Positions 17,959 through 26,093 are shown, counted from the stretch's first letter. The stretch: DNA of 54,354 nucleotides from a virus (IMGVR_UViG_2541047692_000008:1-54354), one strand, 5' to 3'. The notes: generated by a model from the letters alone, not told the origin. A program made the numbers and translations.

Positions 17959-18564
17959 ATGCAAAACCCTAAAAAACCCATAAGACGCCGTTGCAAATGC
18001 TGCGGCGTTTTTTTTGAGCCTAAATATCACAATCAAACGTGGTGCAGCGATGAATGTCTGGAAGAACTGAAGTTTGACCAGCTATGCCGCGACCGTGAGA
18101 AGGCTATGAAGGCTATGGAGCGGAAGAAACGCCGTGATAGCCAGAGGGAAGAACGCAACCGGAAGCGTAAACAGTTAAATCCGCGTAGTTATTGGATCAA
18201 ACAAGTTCAAAATGTATTTAACGCCTATATTCGCGAACGTGACGCGCGCTTGCCGTGTATATCTTGCGGGACTTACTACGGTGAGCAATGCGGGTGGGAT
18301 GCAGGTCATTACAGGACGGTAGCCGCCGCCGGACACCTTCGCTTCAACGAGGATAATTGCCATAAGCAATGTAGGCACTGCAACCAGACACTAGACGGCA
18401 ACATCGGAGGGTATCGCCCGGCGCTGATTCGAAAAATTGGCCTCGCCAGGGTGGTAGCTCTGGAGAACAACAACGATACGCATAAATGGACGATTGCAGA
18501 ATGTAAGGAGCTAATAAACATCTATCAGGCGAAATTGGACGCCTTAAGGAGAAAGGCAGCATGA
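17959..18564 (+). CDS. ninG: NinG/Rap recombination protein
   Basis: Track ORF starts GTG at 17869; ATG at 17959; RRRCKCCGVFFEP...PRSYWIKQVQNVFNAYIRERDARLPCISCG...WDAGHYRTVAAAGHLRFNEDNCHKQC... closely parallels lambda NinG as recalled. Confidence 0.85.
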   Translation: MQNPKKPIRRRCKCCGVFFEPKYHNQTWCSDECLEELKFDQLCRDREKAMKAMERKKRRDSQREERNRKRKQLNPRSYWIKQVQNVFNAYIRERDARLPCISCGTYYGEQCGWDAGHYRTVAAAGHLRFNEDNCHKQCRHCNQTLDGNIGGYRPALIRKIGLARVVALENNNDTHKWTIAECKELINIYQAKLDALRRKAA

Positions 18565-18968
18565 ATGAATATTCTTTTAGCCTGCCTTACCCGCCATCGA
18601 ATAATCGCTATTACCGACATTCGCGCGGTTTTCACTATATCAGCAAAGTGGGGAAGGAATACAGGGAACAAGTAAGAGACATCATCGAGCTATTAAATTT
18701 AAATATTAACCTACCTTGCCGACTGGCAATTGCCATTTACGCCGCGCCGCCGGATAACCGGATCAGAGATCTGGATAATATCCCTAAATGCCTTTTTGAC
18801 AGCCTTACTTATGCCGGATTCTGGAGGGATGACGGGCAAATTGACTCAATAAAAATTGTCCGCTGCCGGAAGGTAAAAGGCGGACGCTTGTTTATTAAGA
18901 TCCGCGAACGCGGCGACCTACTACCGGATATTGACGAATACGCGACTAATATGTGGGGTGAGCAATGA
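18561..18968 (+). CDS. rusA: RusA Holliday-junction resolvase
   Basis: 135 aa; LPYPPSNNRYYRHSRG...RDLDNIPKCLFDSLTYAGFWRDDGQI...KGGRLFIKI matches RusA family. Confidence 0.85.
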   Translation: MNEYSFSLPYPPSNNRYYRHSRGFHYISKVGKEYREQVRDIIELLNLNINLPCRLAIAIYAAPPDNRIRDLDNIPKCLFDSLTYAGFWRDDGQIDSIKIVRCRKVKGGRLFIKIRERGDLLPDIDEYATNMWGEQ

Positions 18969-19147
18969 AAAACGAAGTTAAAGATCTGCAAATAGATATT
19001 CAGCGCGACGAGCGTGATTTAGAGACGGTCCGACAAATCCAGGCTTTCCACATGCGCGAATTACTTGCGCTGAAAGAGTTCGAAAGAAAGCTGGTGCAAT
19101 CCATTTCTGATCGTAAACGGCTGGCGGCGCGTTATGAGGGCAAATAA
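18965..19147 (+). CDS. Hypothetical coiled-coil protein (60 aa)
   Basis: ORF coupled between rusA and Q-like gene. Confidence 0.45.
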   Translation: MKNEVKDLQIDIQRDERDLETVRQIQAFHMRELLALKEFERKLVQSISDRKRLAARYEGK

Positions 19148-19875
19148 TGAATTTAGAATCCATTCTAAAATTCCACTTTCCTAAATCACCGCGATTATCT
19201 GACGAAAGCCGGGGCACGTCCCCGGACGCTCTTAATACGACGGATGCGCTAACCGCTGCGGGTATGGCGCAATCGCGCGTAGAGCTTGGATATGGCGCTT
19301 TTTTAGGGAAGATGGAACTATCACAAGCCGAAAAACATAGGGCCGTAGTTTTGCTTACAGAGCGTTTAAGGGCTATGGCGAAAGATTACGAATACGTGAT
19401 GGAGTTAAACGAGGATCAGCGCAATGGACTTATTATTCTTGTTGCCGTTTTCGCGTTTCGGGATTATTGCCAGAGTGCGGCGACCGAAAAAGTTTGCCCT
19501 AAGTGCGGCGGCCACGGGCATTTACCAAATCCATATTGCAAATACACATCGACAATTTGTTCGCGGTGCAACGGCAAAGGCTACGTTAAAAACCATTGCC
19601 AACGTTGCAAGGGGCGCGGAGAAGTACCGGATAAAGCAGCCAGTGAAGCGGCGGAAATGCCAGTATTCAAAACGTGCCAGCATTGCGGCGGGCGCGGGTA
19701 CTCGCGTTTCCCGGTAGATCTCGTCCGGCAGGCCGTTAACCAGCTTGTTTTCCCGGTAAGCAGATCAACATGGTGGAAGAAATACCGGGTTTTCTATGAA
19801 GACGCCATAGCGGAGCTATTCAAAGAAGAGGCCCGCGCGGAAAGCGAAATTAAACGAGTGACACGGGGTGAATAA
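19147..19875 (+). CDS. Q-like late antitermination protein candidate with four CxxCxGxG zinc motifs
   Basis: 242 aa; N-terminus MNLESILKFHFPKSPRLSDE resembles Qin/82-type Q as recalled; position after ninG-rusA; CPKCGGHG, CSRCNGKG, CQRCKGRG, CQHCGGRG repeats (DnaJ-like zinc finger pattern). Confidence 0.55.
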   Translation: MNLESILKFHFPKSPRLSDESRGTSPDALNTTDALTAAGMAQSRVELGYGAFLGKMELSQAEKHRAVVLLTERLRAMAKDYEYVMELNEDQRNGLIILVAVFAFRDYCQSAATEKVCPKCGGHGHLPNPYCKYTSTICSRCNGKGYVKNHCQRCKGRGEVPDKAASEAAEMPVFKTCQHCGGRGYSRFPVDLVRQAVNQLVFPVSRSTWWKKYRVFYEDAIAELFKEEARAESEIKRVTRGE

Positions 19876-20078
19876 TGGACAAGTTAGAAATAAACGATCA
19901 GTTTGCCGTTATCTTGTTCGAAGATAAAACGGGCGGCGCGTGGTGTAAGAAAGTAACTGGTGCAGAAGCGCGATTGATATTGGGTATGGCAAGCGCATTA
20001 AACGAAGGCGAATTGCCAGCCGTACCTATTGAGCCTGTTCACATTTACGGGAGGAATAGAGAAGATGAAAATAATTAA
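19875..20078 (+). CDS. Hypothetical small protein (67 aa)
   Basis: First ORF of dense small-gene block; ATG overlaps the Q-like gene stop. Confidence 0.45.
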   Translation: MDKLEINDQFAVILFEDKTGGAWCKKVTGAEARLILGMASALNEGELPAVPIEPVHIYGRNREDENN

Positions 20079-20412
20079 TATCGGGTGGTTATATTGCGAA
20101 AACTGCGACGACGACGGCATGGTTGTTAAGACTGAAAAAGGTTGCGGCTTCTTTTTGTATCAAGGCGATAAGTTTGTTTGTCCGCGATGCGGTGGTCATG
20201 GTGAGATAGAAATTATTGAAGATAGTGCTACAGCACCAGAGCCGGAGCGCATTGTTCTTGACGAAAAAATAAAAATTCATCCTGATTTATTGCAGCAAAT
20301 TATCGATCACATATCGGCAGCAGCAATCTATGCAGATAATAATTATCATCGTAAAATGAACGTAAAACGTGTTCTTGAGCAGTATTTCGAGGGTGGTGAT
20401 AATGAAGCCTAA
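20065..20412 (+). CDS. Hypothetical zinc-ribbon protein (115 aa)
   Basis: ATG at 20065 with gggagg RBS; CENC...CPRCGGHGE motif. Confidence 0.5.
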   Translation: MKIINIGWLYCENCDDDGMVVKTEKGCGFFLYQGDKFVCPRCGGHGEIEIIEDSATAPEPERIVLDEKIKIHPDLLQQIIDHISAAAIYADNNYHRKMNVKRVLEQYFEGGDNEA

Positions 20413-20671
20413 ATTAAAAGAACATGAATTCATGGATCTTGTAAACGGAATAACTGATAAGTCCAGGACTTATTCAAATACACAACAATTAAGGGCTGTG
20501 ATAGTTACTGAATTAAGGAAATATATAGACCTAAGAGATCCGGTCGATGTTATGACGATGGACGAGGCCATCAAGCGCCGTTCGGCTGAATGGTCAGTGA
20601 GTAATACCGGATTAACCGGATATATTGAAGGCTATAACGACTGTTTACAGGATCATAGCGATGGCAAGTAA
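20402..20671 (+). CDS. Hypothetical protein (89 aa)
   Basis: ATG at 20402 (MKPKLKEHEF) with gagggtgg RBS. Confidence 0.45.
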   Translation: MKPKLKEHEFMDLVNGITDKSRTYSNTQQLRAVIVTELRKYIDLRDPVDVMTMDEAIKRRSAEWSVSNTGLTGYIEGYNDCLQDHSDGK

Positions 20672-20969
20672 AGACCTGCATTTGAATCTGAAAGGGGAAT
20701 ACTTCCACGCCATCCGGGCGGGAAAGAAGGTGGAAGAATACAGGCTTTACAATGACTATTGGCGTAAACGCCTGGAGGGGCGGGAATATGAACGCCTGAT
20801 CATTAAGCTGGGGTATCCAGCCAGCCACGAAGCGCACCGGATCATAAACCTGCCTTATTTCGGGTACGAAGTAAAAACTATCACGCATCCATTATTCGGC
20901 CCTGATCCTGTTAAGGTATTCGCAATTAAATGTGATGTGAATTGGATGTTAAGGTGGGGTGAGCAATGA
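20661..20969 (+). CDS. Hypothetical protein (102 aa), possible PUA/ASCH-like fold
   Basis: ATG at 20661 (MASKDLHLNLKGEYFHAIRAGKKVEEYR); fold guess is weak. Confidence 0.45.
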   Translation: MASKDLHLNLKGEYFHAIRAGKKVEEYRLYNDYWRKRLEGREYERLIIKLGYPASHEAHRIINLPYFGYEVKTITHPLFGPDPVKVFAIKCDVNWMLRWGEQ

Positions 20970-21181
20970 AAAAAGCTGGCCTGTCAATCAGTCGTGTGTT
21001 GTGCGGCGACGAAAGCGAGATCCGCATAGAAATTAAATTTAGCACGGGTAAAGAGATAATTCTCTATACGACACCTGAAAACCTGACGCTGGCGCTTACT
21101 GGTAAATCTGAAACGCCGTGCGACGTCCGGTTGCGCAATATTGAGATTAAGGAAATAGGAAGGGTGAGAAATGAAAAGTAA
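20966..21181 (+). CDS. Hypothetical protein (71 aa)
   Basis: Operon context. Confidence 0.45.
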   Translation: MKKAGLSISRVLCGDESEIRIEIKFSTGKEIILYTTPENLTLALTGKSETPCDVRLRNIEIKEIGRVRNEK

Positions 21182-21383
21182 CCGTAAACGCCTGGTAAGG
21201 TCATATGACAAAGCGTTAAAGGTTTTTGATGATCTGCGACACAATAAACGCCAGCGCCGCAAATGGGCGCGAATGCTTGTTGGTGAATGGCATAACGAAG
21301 ATTTCTTTCTGGAAGCGCGGCACATGACGCAAGAAGACGCGGACCAATTAGCTTACGATAACGTTTATTATATGATGTGGTGA
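21171..21383 (+). CDS. Hypothetical basic protein (70 aa)
   Basis: Operon context. Confidence 0.45.
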   Translation: MKSNRKRLVRSYDKALKVFDDLRHNKRQRRKWARMLVGEWHNEDFFLEARHMTQEDADQLAYDNVYYMMW

Positions 21384-21387
21384 CAAT

Positions 21388-21753
21388 ATGCAAATAATCC
21401 TTGATTACCTTTGCCACGCTGCAAATACAATTTTTGGCATGTATCAGCAACAATTCCTCAAAGAATGGGACGACATGCTGAATGATATCCTCGATAAAGG
21501 ATTAATAATGGAGGTTGACGAGCTTACAATCAAATTTAATTATGAGGGTGAAATTTATCTAATTTGGGTCGGGAATAGATGGTATTCATACGGTCATATT
21601 TATTCAATTGGCGATAAATACATTAAACGAAGCCAGGAATTCAGACCGCGCTTCCGAACAATGCGCCGCCTGCATGATCTGCATATGAAGTTATTCGAAG
21701 ATCAGGAAGCACGGGAATTATTCAAAATTTACGGGGATAAATCATGGAGCTAA
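21388..21753 (+). CDS. Hypothetical protein (121 aa)
   Basis: Operon context. Confidence 0.45.
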   Translation: MQIILDYLCHAANTIFGMYQQQFLKEWDDMLNDILDKGLIMEVDELTIKFNYEGEIYLIWVGNRWYSYGHIYSIGDKYIKRSQEFRPRFRTMRRLHDLHMKLFEDQEARELFKIYGDKSWS

Positions 21754-21974
21754 AAATCTGGCAGGCTATCGACGTGGTTGATAACGAATTATCTATGTTT
21801 GTCACTGACGGAAAGCGCGTGGTGATCGCCACATGGACGCGCAACCATGATGATATTACTTTTCGTCGCAAGGCTGCGGAGTGGCTTTTCTCTGATGAAG
21901 GCTACACGATGAATATCTCCCAGCTTGCCAGAATGAAGGATGAAAAGCTGGTAGATAGTTACACGACTGCATAG
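21744..21974 (+). CDS. Hypothetical protein (76 aa)
   Basis: Operon context. Confidence 0.45.
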   Translation: MELKIWQAIDVVDNELSMFVTDGKRVVIATWTRNHDDITFRRKAAEWLFSDEGYTMNISQLARMKDEKLVDSYTTA

Positions 21975-21984
21975 TGGGGCAAAT

Positions 21985-22218
21985 ATGCGTATCTATGAAC
22001 ACAAGCGGGATAAAACCCGCTTTTTTGTTCGTGCTGGCGTGGCGTACCAGTATCACGAATGTGGATATATTGAGGTGCTTGCTTACAACCTGGATTTCGA
22101 ACAAGAAAAAGAATGGTTTGACTTTAAGATTTACCGTAAGCGCAAGCCAACGCGCGACGAACGACACGCTATCCGGGACTTTTTAATCAGCATAGACCAC
22201 TGGGAGGCAGACGAATGA
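21985..22218 (+). CDS. Hypothetical protein (77 aa)
   Basis: Operon context. Confidence 0.45.
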   Translation: MRIYEHKRDKTRFFVRAGVAYQYHECGYIEVLAYNLDFEQEKEWFDFKIYRKRKPTRDERHAIRDFLISIDHWEADE

Positions 22219-22502
22219 GAGCGAAGAAAACAGCAGATCAGAAAGCGTTAGTTATCACTACAACTGATGTGTCGTTATTCACGAAGGGTGAAGAAATAGA
22301 TCTTAAATTACTTTTCGGCATGTTTGAGCCACACGAAAAGCCGTGGTTCGTGCATGAAGACAAACAGGGAAATATGCGCGTAGTAGTGCCGGACAAAAAC
22401 AGCGACATATTTTTTGCTATTCCAGACCCGTTACATGACGGTGAATTGCTGGCGGTATTGTTGATCGCTGATGCTGTTACTTATAAAGGGAAAGAAATAT
22501 GA
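22215..22502 (+). CDS. Hypothetical protein (95 aa)
   Basis: Operon context; overlapping stop/start. Confidence 0.45.
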   Translation: MRAKKTADQKALVITTTDVSLFTKGEEIDLKLLFGMFEPHEKPWFVHEDKQGNMRVVVPDKNSDIFFAIPDPLHDGELLAVLLIADAVTYKGKEI

Positions 22503-22726
22503 AAGTTAAATTCTTGCACGATCACGGCTACCCATCATTAAAACGCGTGGTAGGGGAAACGGTAGACGTTGTTCATTCTGATGATGTGACCTGCGTCATT
22601 TTGGGTAAAGACCTTATCGCTCACGGTGCTGATGATTACTACATTAACCCGGCGTGGTCATATACGTTTAGCCTGGGCGACTTCGTAGGCGATAAGGGGC
22701 GCGGCTTGCAAGTAGTCGAGGGTTAA
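22499..22726 (+). CDS. Hypothetical protein (75 aa)
   Basis: Operon context. Confidence 0.45.
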   Translation: MKVKFLHDHGYPSLKRVVGETVDVVHSDDVTCVILGKDLIAHGADDYYINPAWSYTFSLGDFVGDKGRGLQVVEG

Positions 22727-22730
22727 TATC

Positions 22731-22946
22731 ATGGACGTTTACGAAGATTTATACCTTCAAACAAATACCAGCACTTTTTATTTTTTGAAAAACGGCGTCG
22801 TATATCGCAGCGATGACGGGGTAATAATGAAAGAGTGGCTATTTAAACGCAAAGACCTACTTGATGACCTGGTTTTTGCCGGGATATTCCGTAAACGTCC
22901 GGCTAACCTGGAAGAAGAAATGCTGATCGACGAGGTATTAAAATGA
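22731..22946 (+). CDS. Hypothetical protein (71 aa)
   Basis: Operon context. Confidence 0.45.
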   Translation: MDVYEDLYLQTNTSTFYFLKNGVVYRSDDGVIMKEWLFKRKDLLDDLVFAGIFRKRPANLEEEMLIDEVLK

Positions 22947-23194
22947 AAATCAAGGTAAGTTATTTCAGGGCGAAAGATAAGGCCACTGGACGGATGATGG
23001 CTATTCTGGTTAACGAAGCGAATTATATGTTCTTCCTTCAACCGTGGTGCATTGCCGATCTTAATGACGATTATCGCCGCCACGCTGCGCGTAGTGCTGT
23101 AGGCATGAAAGGCTGGCAGCCGCGCGACATGGAAAACTATAGCGAGTGGAAATTGGTGGTAAAATACACGGTCGATTATAAAGGGGTTTTCTGA
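22943..23194 (+). CDS. Hypothetical protein (83 aa)
   Basis: Operon context. Confidence 0.45.
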   Translation: MKIKVSYFRAKDKATGRMMAILVNEANYMFFLQPWCIADLNDDYRRHAARSAVGMKGWQPRDMENYSEWKLVVKYTVDYKGVF

Positions 23195-23418
23195 TGTTTG
23201 TAAAATGTATAAAGTCTCGTTTCCCTAATCTTTTTGTGGTTGATGAGATTTACGACATAGAAACGCTAATAAGCAGAACTAACGATATTCAGTACATTTA
23301 TGATGAAGATGGCGATCCGTGGTTTTTTTATAACGATCTCAATGGTAGCGGATTCGTTGATGGCGTTGGCGGTAATGGTGTGCCAGTTGCGCTATTTATA
23401 AATGCAAATAAGGAATGA
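23194..23418 (+). CDS. Small protein, tandem paralog 1 of 4
   Basis: Shares pattern [KR]C..S....F..G.IY.V....D..YI..D..G..W.[FY] with the next three ORFs. Confidence 0.5.
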   Translation: MFVKCIKSRFPNLFVVDEIYDIETLISRTNDIQYIYDEDGDPWFFYNDLNGSGFVDGVGGNGVPVALFINANKE

Positions 23419-23630
23419 ATATCATGTATGTTAGATGCACTGAATCAAAATCATCATGCTTTGAGGTTGGCGGAATATATACCGTAGCTCACCTGACTGG
23501 TGATGAACTTAACACCCAATACATTAAAGACGACCACGGAGACGCGTGGCGCTATTGGGATTGTTACGCGCGTGGACACGTTGCCAGCCAGTTCAGTACG
23601 GAACCGATCGCGCGTTTTGTTAAGTGGTGA
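23415..23630 (+). CDS. Small protein, tandem paralog 2 of 4
   Basis: MYVRCTESKSSCFEVGGIYTVAHL...QYIKDDHGDAWRYW; alternative ATG at 23424. Confidence 0.5.
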   Translation: MNIMYVRCTESKSSCFEVGGIYTVAHLTGDELNTQYIKDDHGDAWRYWDCYARGHVASQFSTEPIARFVKW

Positions 23631-23639
23631 GGTAGTGTT

Positions 23640-23879
23640 ATGAGACAGAATCAGAGATACCAGTGCACATACTCACGATGCAGCGCGTTTTTTAAGAATG
23701 GCAAGATCTACGAAGTCGGAGCGGCATTGTTTGACGCAAAGGATCAGGAATATATTCACGCCATTACTGACGACCAGGGCCAGTTATGGCGATTTTATAA
23801 GATGGGATGTGGAACTGCGCTTGTTTATGCGCGGGCTTGTGGTGGTGCTTTTGCTGCGTTTTCGTATGTAGGTGCATAA
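23640..23879 (+). CDS. Small protein, tandem paralog 3 of 4
   Basis: YQCTYSRCSAFFKNGKIYEVGAAL...EYIHAITDDQGQLWRFY. Confidence 0.5.
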   Translation: MRQNQRYQCTYSRCSAFFKNGKIYEVGAALFDAKDQEYIHAITDDQGQLWRFYKMGCGTALVYARACGGAFAAFSYVGA

Positions 23880-24099
23880 AATGATTTTAACGTGTAACGA
23901 ATCGGGATTAGGTTGTTTTGAGGAAGGAGCACAGTACACGGCTGAAAAACCGATGGGATTGTCTCCTAAATTTCCGTTTATCGTCGTGACTGACACTTAC
24001 GGTCACTTATGGTATGCAGGGCCGCTAGGCGGTATTGGTCGTTATGTTGTCCGTAGTTCGGATGGGGCGATGAAGGTTACTTTTACGGAAGAAACGTAA
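23872..24099 (+). CDS. Small protein, tandem paralog 4 of 4
   Basis: MILTCNESGLGCFEEGAQYTAEK...FIVVTDTYGHLWYAG; alternative ATG at 23881. Confidence 0.5.
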   Translation: MHKMILTCNESGLGCFEEGAQYTAEKPMGLSPKFPFIVVTDTYGHLWYAGPLGGIGRYVVRSSDGAMKVTFTEET

Positions 24100-24100
24100 A

Positions 24101-24116
24101 TGTGATCTGTATCACA
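24101..24116. promoter_or_regulatory. TGTGA-N6-TCACA palindrome with GATC (CRP consensus-like)
   Basis: tgtgatctgtatcaca; followed by inverted tacgaaatggca / tgccattttgtta pair (24119-24160). Confidence 0.45.
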
Positions 24117-24197
24117 AGGTTTACGAAATGGCATTGTTTCGACAGTGCCATTTTGTTATAAAGAAGCTGAAGAGAGAACGATGCGGAGGGTAGAAAA

Positions 24198-24476
24198 ATG
24201 AAACGCTGGATTAACAAAGAAGTCGAATCTCGCTTAAACGCATTTTGGGAGATGGTGGAGAAAGAAGACCCAGCACACGCTGCAAGCCCTTACCTGAACA
24301 ACATCGAATATCACTACATTGCAGCAAACAACGCGGAGTTCGAAGAAGAAGGTGGAGCCGACAAGTTCGCACAAAGCAACGCATTCAACAACGCAAACGA
24401 AATGATGATGGCAGTCATCGAACAGGCAGAGGAAGACTACGAATGCAAATCACTTGAATTTGCACGCATGGCATAA
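24198..24476 (+). CDS. Hypothetical acidic protein (92 aa)
   Basis: ggaggg RBS; follows an intergenic regulatory region. Confidence 0.5.
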   Translation: MKRWINKEVESRLNAFWEMVEKEDPAHAASPYLNNIEYHYIAANNAEFEEEGGADKFAQSNAFNNANEMMMAVIEQAEEDYECKSLEFARMA

Positions 24477-24485
24477 GGGGGAACC

Positions 24486-24623
24486 ATGAACGCTAACGCT
24501 AAATATCCGGCCTGGGTTTTCGAACTATACGCCCGCTACTTTGAAGTATTGGCACCAGGTGAAGAAGCATTAAGCATTGACGAATACGCGGAGTGCTTAG
24601 GATTTAGAGGAGGAGAAGAATAA
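24486..24623 (+). CDS. Small hypothetical protein (45 aa)
   Basis: Hand-found; aaggggga RBS; fills gap between flanking ORFs. Confidence 0.35.
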   Translation: MNANAKYPAWVFELYARYFEVLAPGEEALSIDEYAECLGFRGGEE

Positions 24624-24635
24624 ACACGGGGCAGA

Positions 24636-24917
24636 ATGGCCCCATCAAACGGAGTAGAAATTATGGTTGTGATCAGACTATGGCGCGGAGTTAGTAGGCT
24701 TGATGGCACATACAGCCGTGTAATTGAGGTTGTTAACAATAGTCGGTTTTATGAACTGGAATACAGCGAAAAAAGGGAGAATGAATATTTGAGCGAATCG
24801 ACCCCTATGTGGTGCAAAGTGGCTGGCCTTTCTTCACTTATGCGTTGCGGGTTTTATACAGATTATAACACGCTAACAGATGCCGAACTGGTGGCAACTC
24901 TTTACGAAGGAGAATAA
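24636..24917 (+). CDS. Hypothetical protein (93 aa)
   Basis: Operon context; alternative ATG at 24663. Confidence 0.45.
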   Translation: MAPSNGVEIMVVIRLWRGVSRLDGTYSRVIEVVNNSRFYELEYSEKRENEYLSESTPMWCKVAGLSSLMRCGFYTDYNTLTDAELVATLYEGE

Positions 24918-24920
24918 ACA

Positions 24921-25244
24921 ATGACTAAATTTATCAGCGTTAAAGTTTTCCGTGGTACTTTACCGAACGAAGAAAGATTGGGGGAATTCGCCGGGCAACC
25001 TGGCGCATGTTTCCGTGTAGCCACTGAAGACGATGCGCATGTTAAATGCTTCCACGTATCGGAACCGCCTTTTAATGCAGACCATCTTGAAGACCCGGAT
25101 AGAATTAAAAGCCTAGTTTTTGCCTATCTGATGTTCCAGGGTATCGCTAATATGGAAGTGGAATTGCTTGGCGCTGAACTGGCGGCAGAATACAAAATCA
25201 CTAAAGCAGAAAGTGGAGGGTCGGAAATTGAGCGCATCAAATAA
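24921..25244 (+). CDS. Hypothetical protein (107 aa)
   Basis: Operon context. Confidence 0.45.
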   Translation: MTKFISVKVFRGTLPNEERLGEFAGQPGACFRVATEDDAHVKCFHVSEPPFNADHLEDPDRIKSLVFAYLMFQGIANMEVELLGAELAAEYKITKAESGGSEIERIK

Positions 25245-25479
25245 ACCTTACAAAATCCGGTGTAAAGGCGAATACCCTGGGTTTACGATTGGTTGCGAAT
25301 ACCTGGGCCACATTGGGTACGGCCCTTTCGGTGAATTAGGGATGAATACGCTGGACGACGACGGCGACAGCCGGACGCTCGATCTTGATACGGATGACTT
25401 CGAATATATCCCTCCAGTTACTTACCGTGCCGTAGATGATTTCCTGGCTGAACAAGAAGATGATGAAGAGGATGATTAA
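25228..25479 (+). CDS. Hypothetical protein with strongly acidic C-terminus (about 83 aa, TTG start)
   Basis: ggaggg RBS 7 nt before TTG 25228; track ORF begins at ATG 25168 inside the previous gene; C-terminus ...DDDGDSRTLDLDTDDFEY...EQEDDEEDD. Confidence 0.4.
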   Translation: MSASNKPYKIRCKGEYPGFTIGCEYLGHIGYGPFGELGMNTLDDDGDSRTLDLDTDDFEYIPPVTYRAVDDFLAEQEDDEEDD

Positions 25480-25481
25480 CT

Positions 25482-25622
25482 ATGGATGACGAATACGTTA
25501 ACAATTTTATTGTTATGTTTCTTAGTGAAAATTGGCGCATGTTTGAACATTATTGTTTTGAGCGCGGGGAAAATGCTGAAGAAATATATCAATATTTAGG
25601 CGGGGAGAAAGAGGATGATTGA
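25482..25622 (+). CDS. Small hypothetical protein (46 aa)
   Basis: Hand-found; gaggatga RBS. Confidence 0.35.
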   Translation: MDDEYVNNFIVMFLSENWRMFEHYCFERGENAEEIYQYLGGEKEDD

Positions 25623-25809
25623 ATGTCTTATCATTGCTGTGTTTCTCCTTTATATTGCTGGCGCTATCCTGATGTCTTGTTTTATCAAATCTAATGATCT
25701 CGATCGTGGTGGTCTTGAGATTCCTTTCTGGCCTGTAGCGGTGTTTATTGCTCTCGTAGATGCCGCGCGCGCGCAGATCAAAAGGGTTATTAAGGAGCGC
25801 AAGAAATGA
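25615..25809 (+). CDS. Small membrane protein (64 aa)
   Basis: Two hydrophobic helices (IIAVFLLYIAGAILMSCFI; FWPVAVFIALV). Confidence 0.45.
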   Translation: MIECLIIAVFLLYIAGAILMSCFIKSNDLDRGGLEIPFWPVAVFIALVDAARAQIKRVIKERKK

Positions 25810-25988
25810 TTGAAGATGGTATATACGCCGTAACACTAATCGACAAGATGTTTTATCGCATAGAGGGTGGTGATATTCGCGTTTGCGTTAGCGATGGTGA
25901 GTGGGTAGCGCCAATCATCAAGACGACGCGAGAAACAATTAAAATCTGGCTTGATAATGGCGATTTGGTGAAAGTTAGTGATTTGTAG
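25806..25988 (+). CDS. Hypothetical protein (60 aa)
   Basis: Last ORF of the block before the terminator and holin. Confidence 0.45.
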   Translation: MIEDGIYAVTLIDKMFYRIEGGDIRVCVSDGEWVAPIIKTTRETIKIWLDNGDLVKVSDL

Positions 25989-26051
25989 CCATAATCGCGC
26001 ATAAAAAACAAATAGATTAAAATATTTCCTAACAATGCGAAATTGTAATTA

Positions 26052-26075
26052 CCCGGCCACGAGCCGGGTTTTTGC
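26052..26075 (+). terminator. Rho-independent terminator upstream of holin (candidate tR')
   Basis: cccggc-cacga-gccggg followed by tttttgctttgtt; about 20 nt before the holin RBS. Confidence 0.6.
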
Positions 26076-26093
26076 TTTGTTGGAGGAAAATCT

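Noticed and set aside
24125-24160. Inverted repeat aaatggca-N13-tgccattt followed by ttgtt as a possible intrinsic terminator.
   Set aside because: AT-rich stem and weak T-run; better explained as one of the inverted pairs of the dispersed motif.
25192-25258. Partial copies of the dispersed motif (tacaaaatca, ttacaaaatcc) inside coding sequence.
   Set aside because: Only 8-9 of 10 positions match and they lie within ORFs without the accompanying palindrome; likely chance matches.
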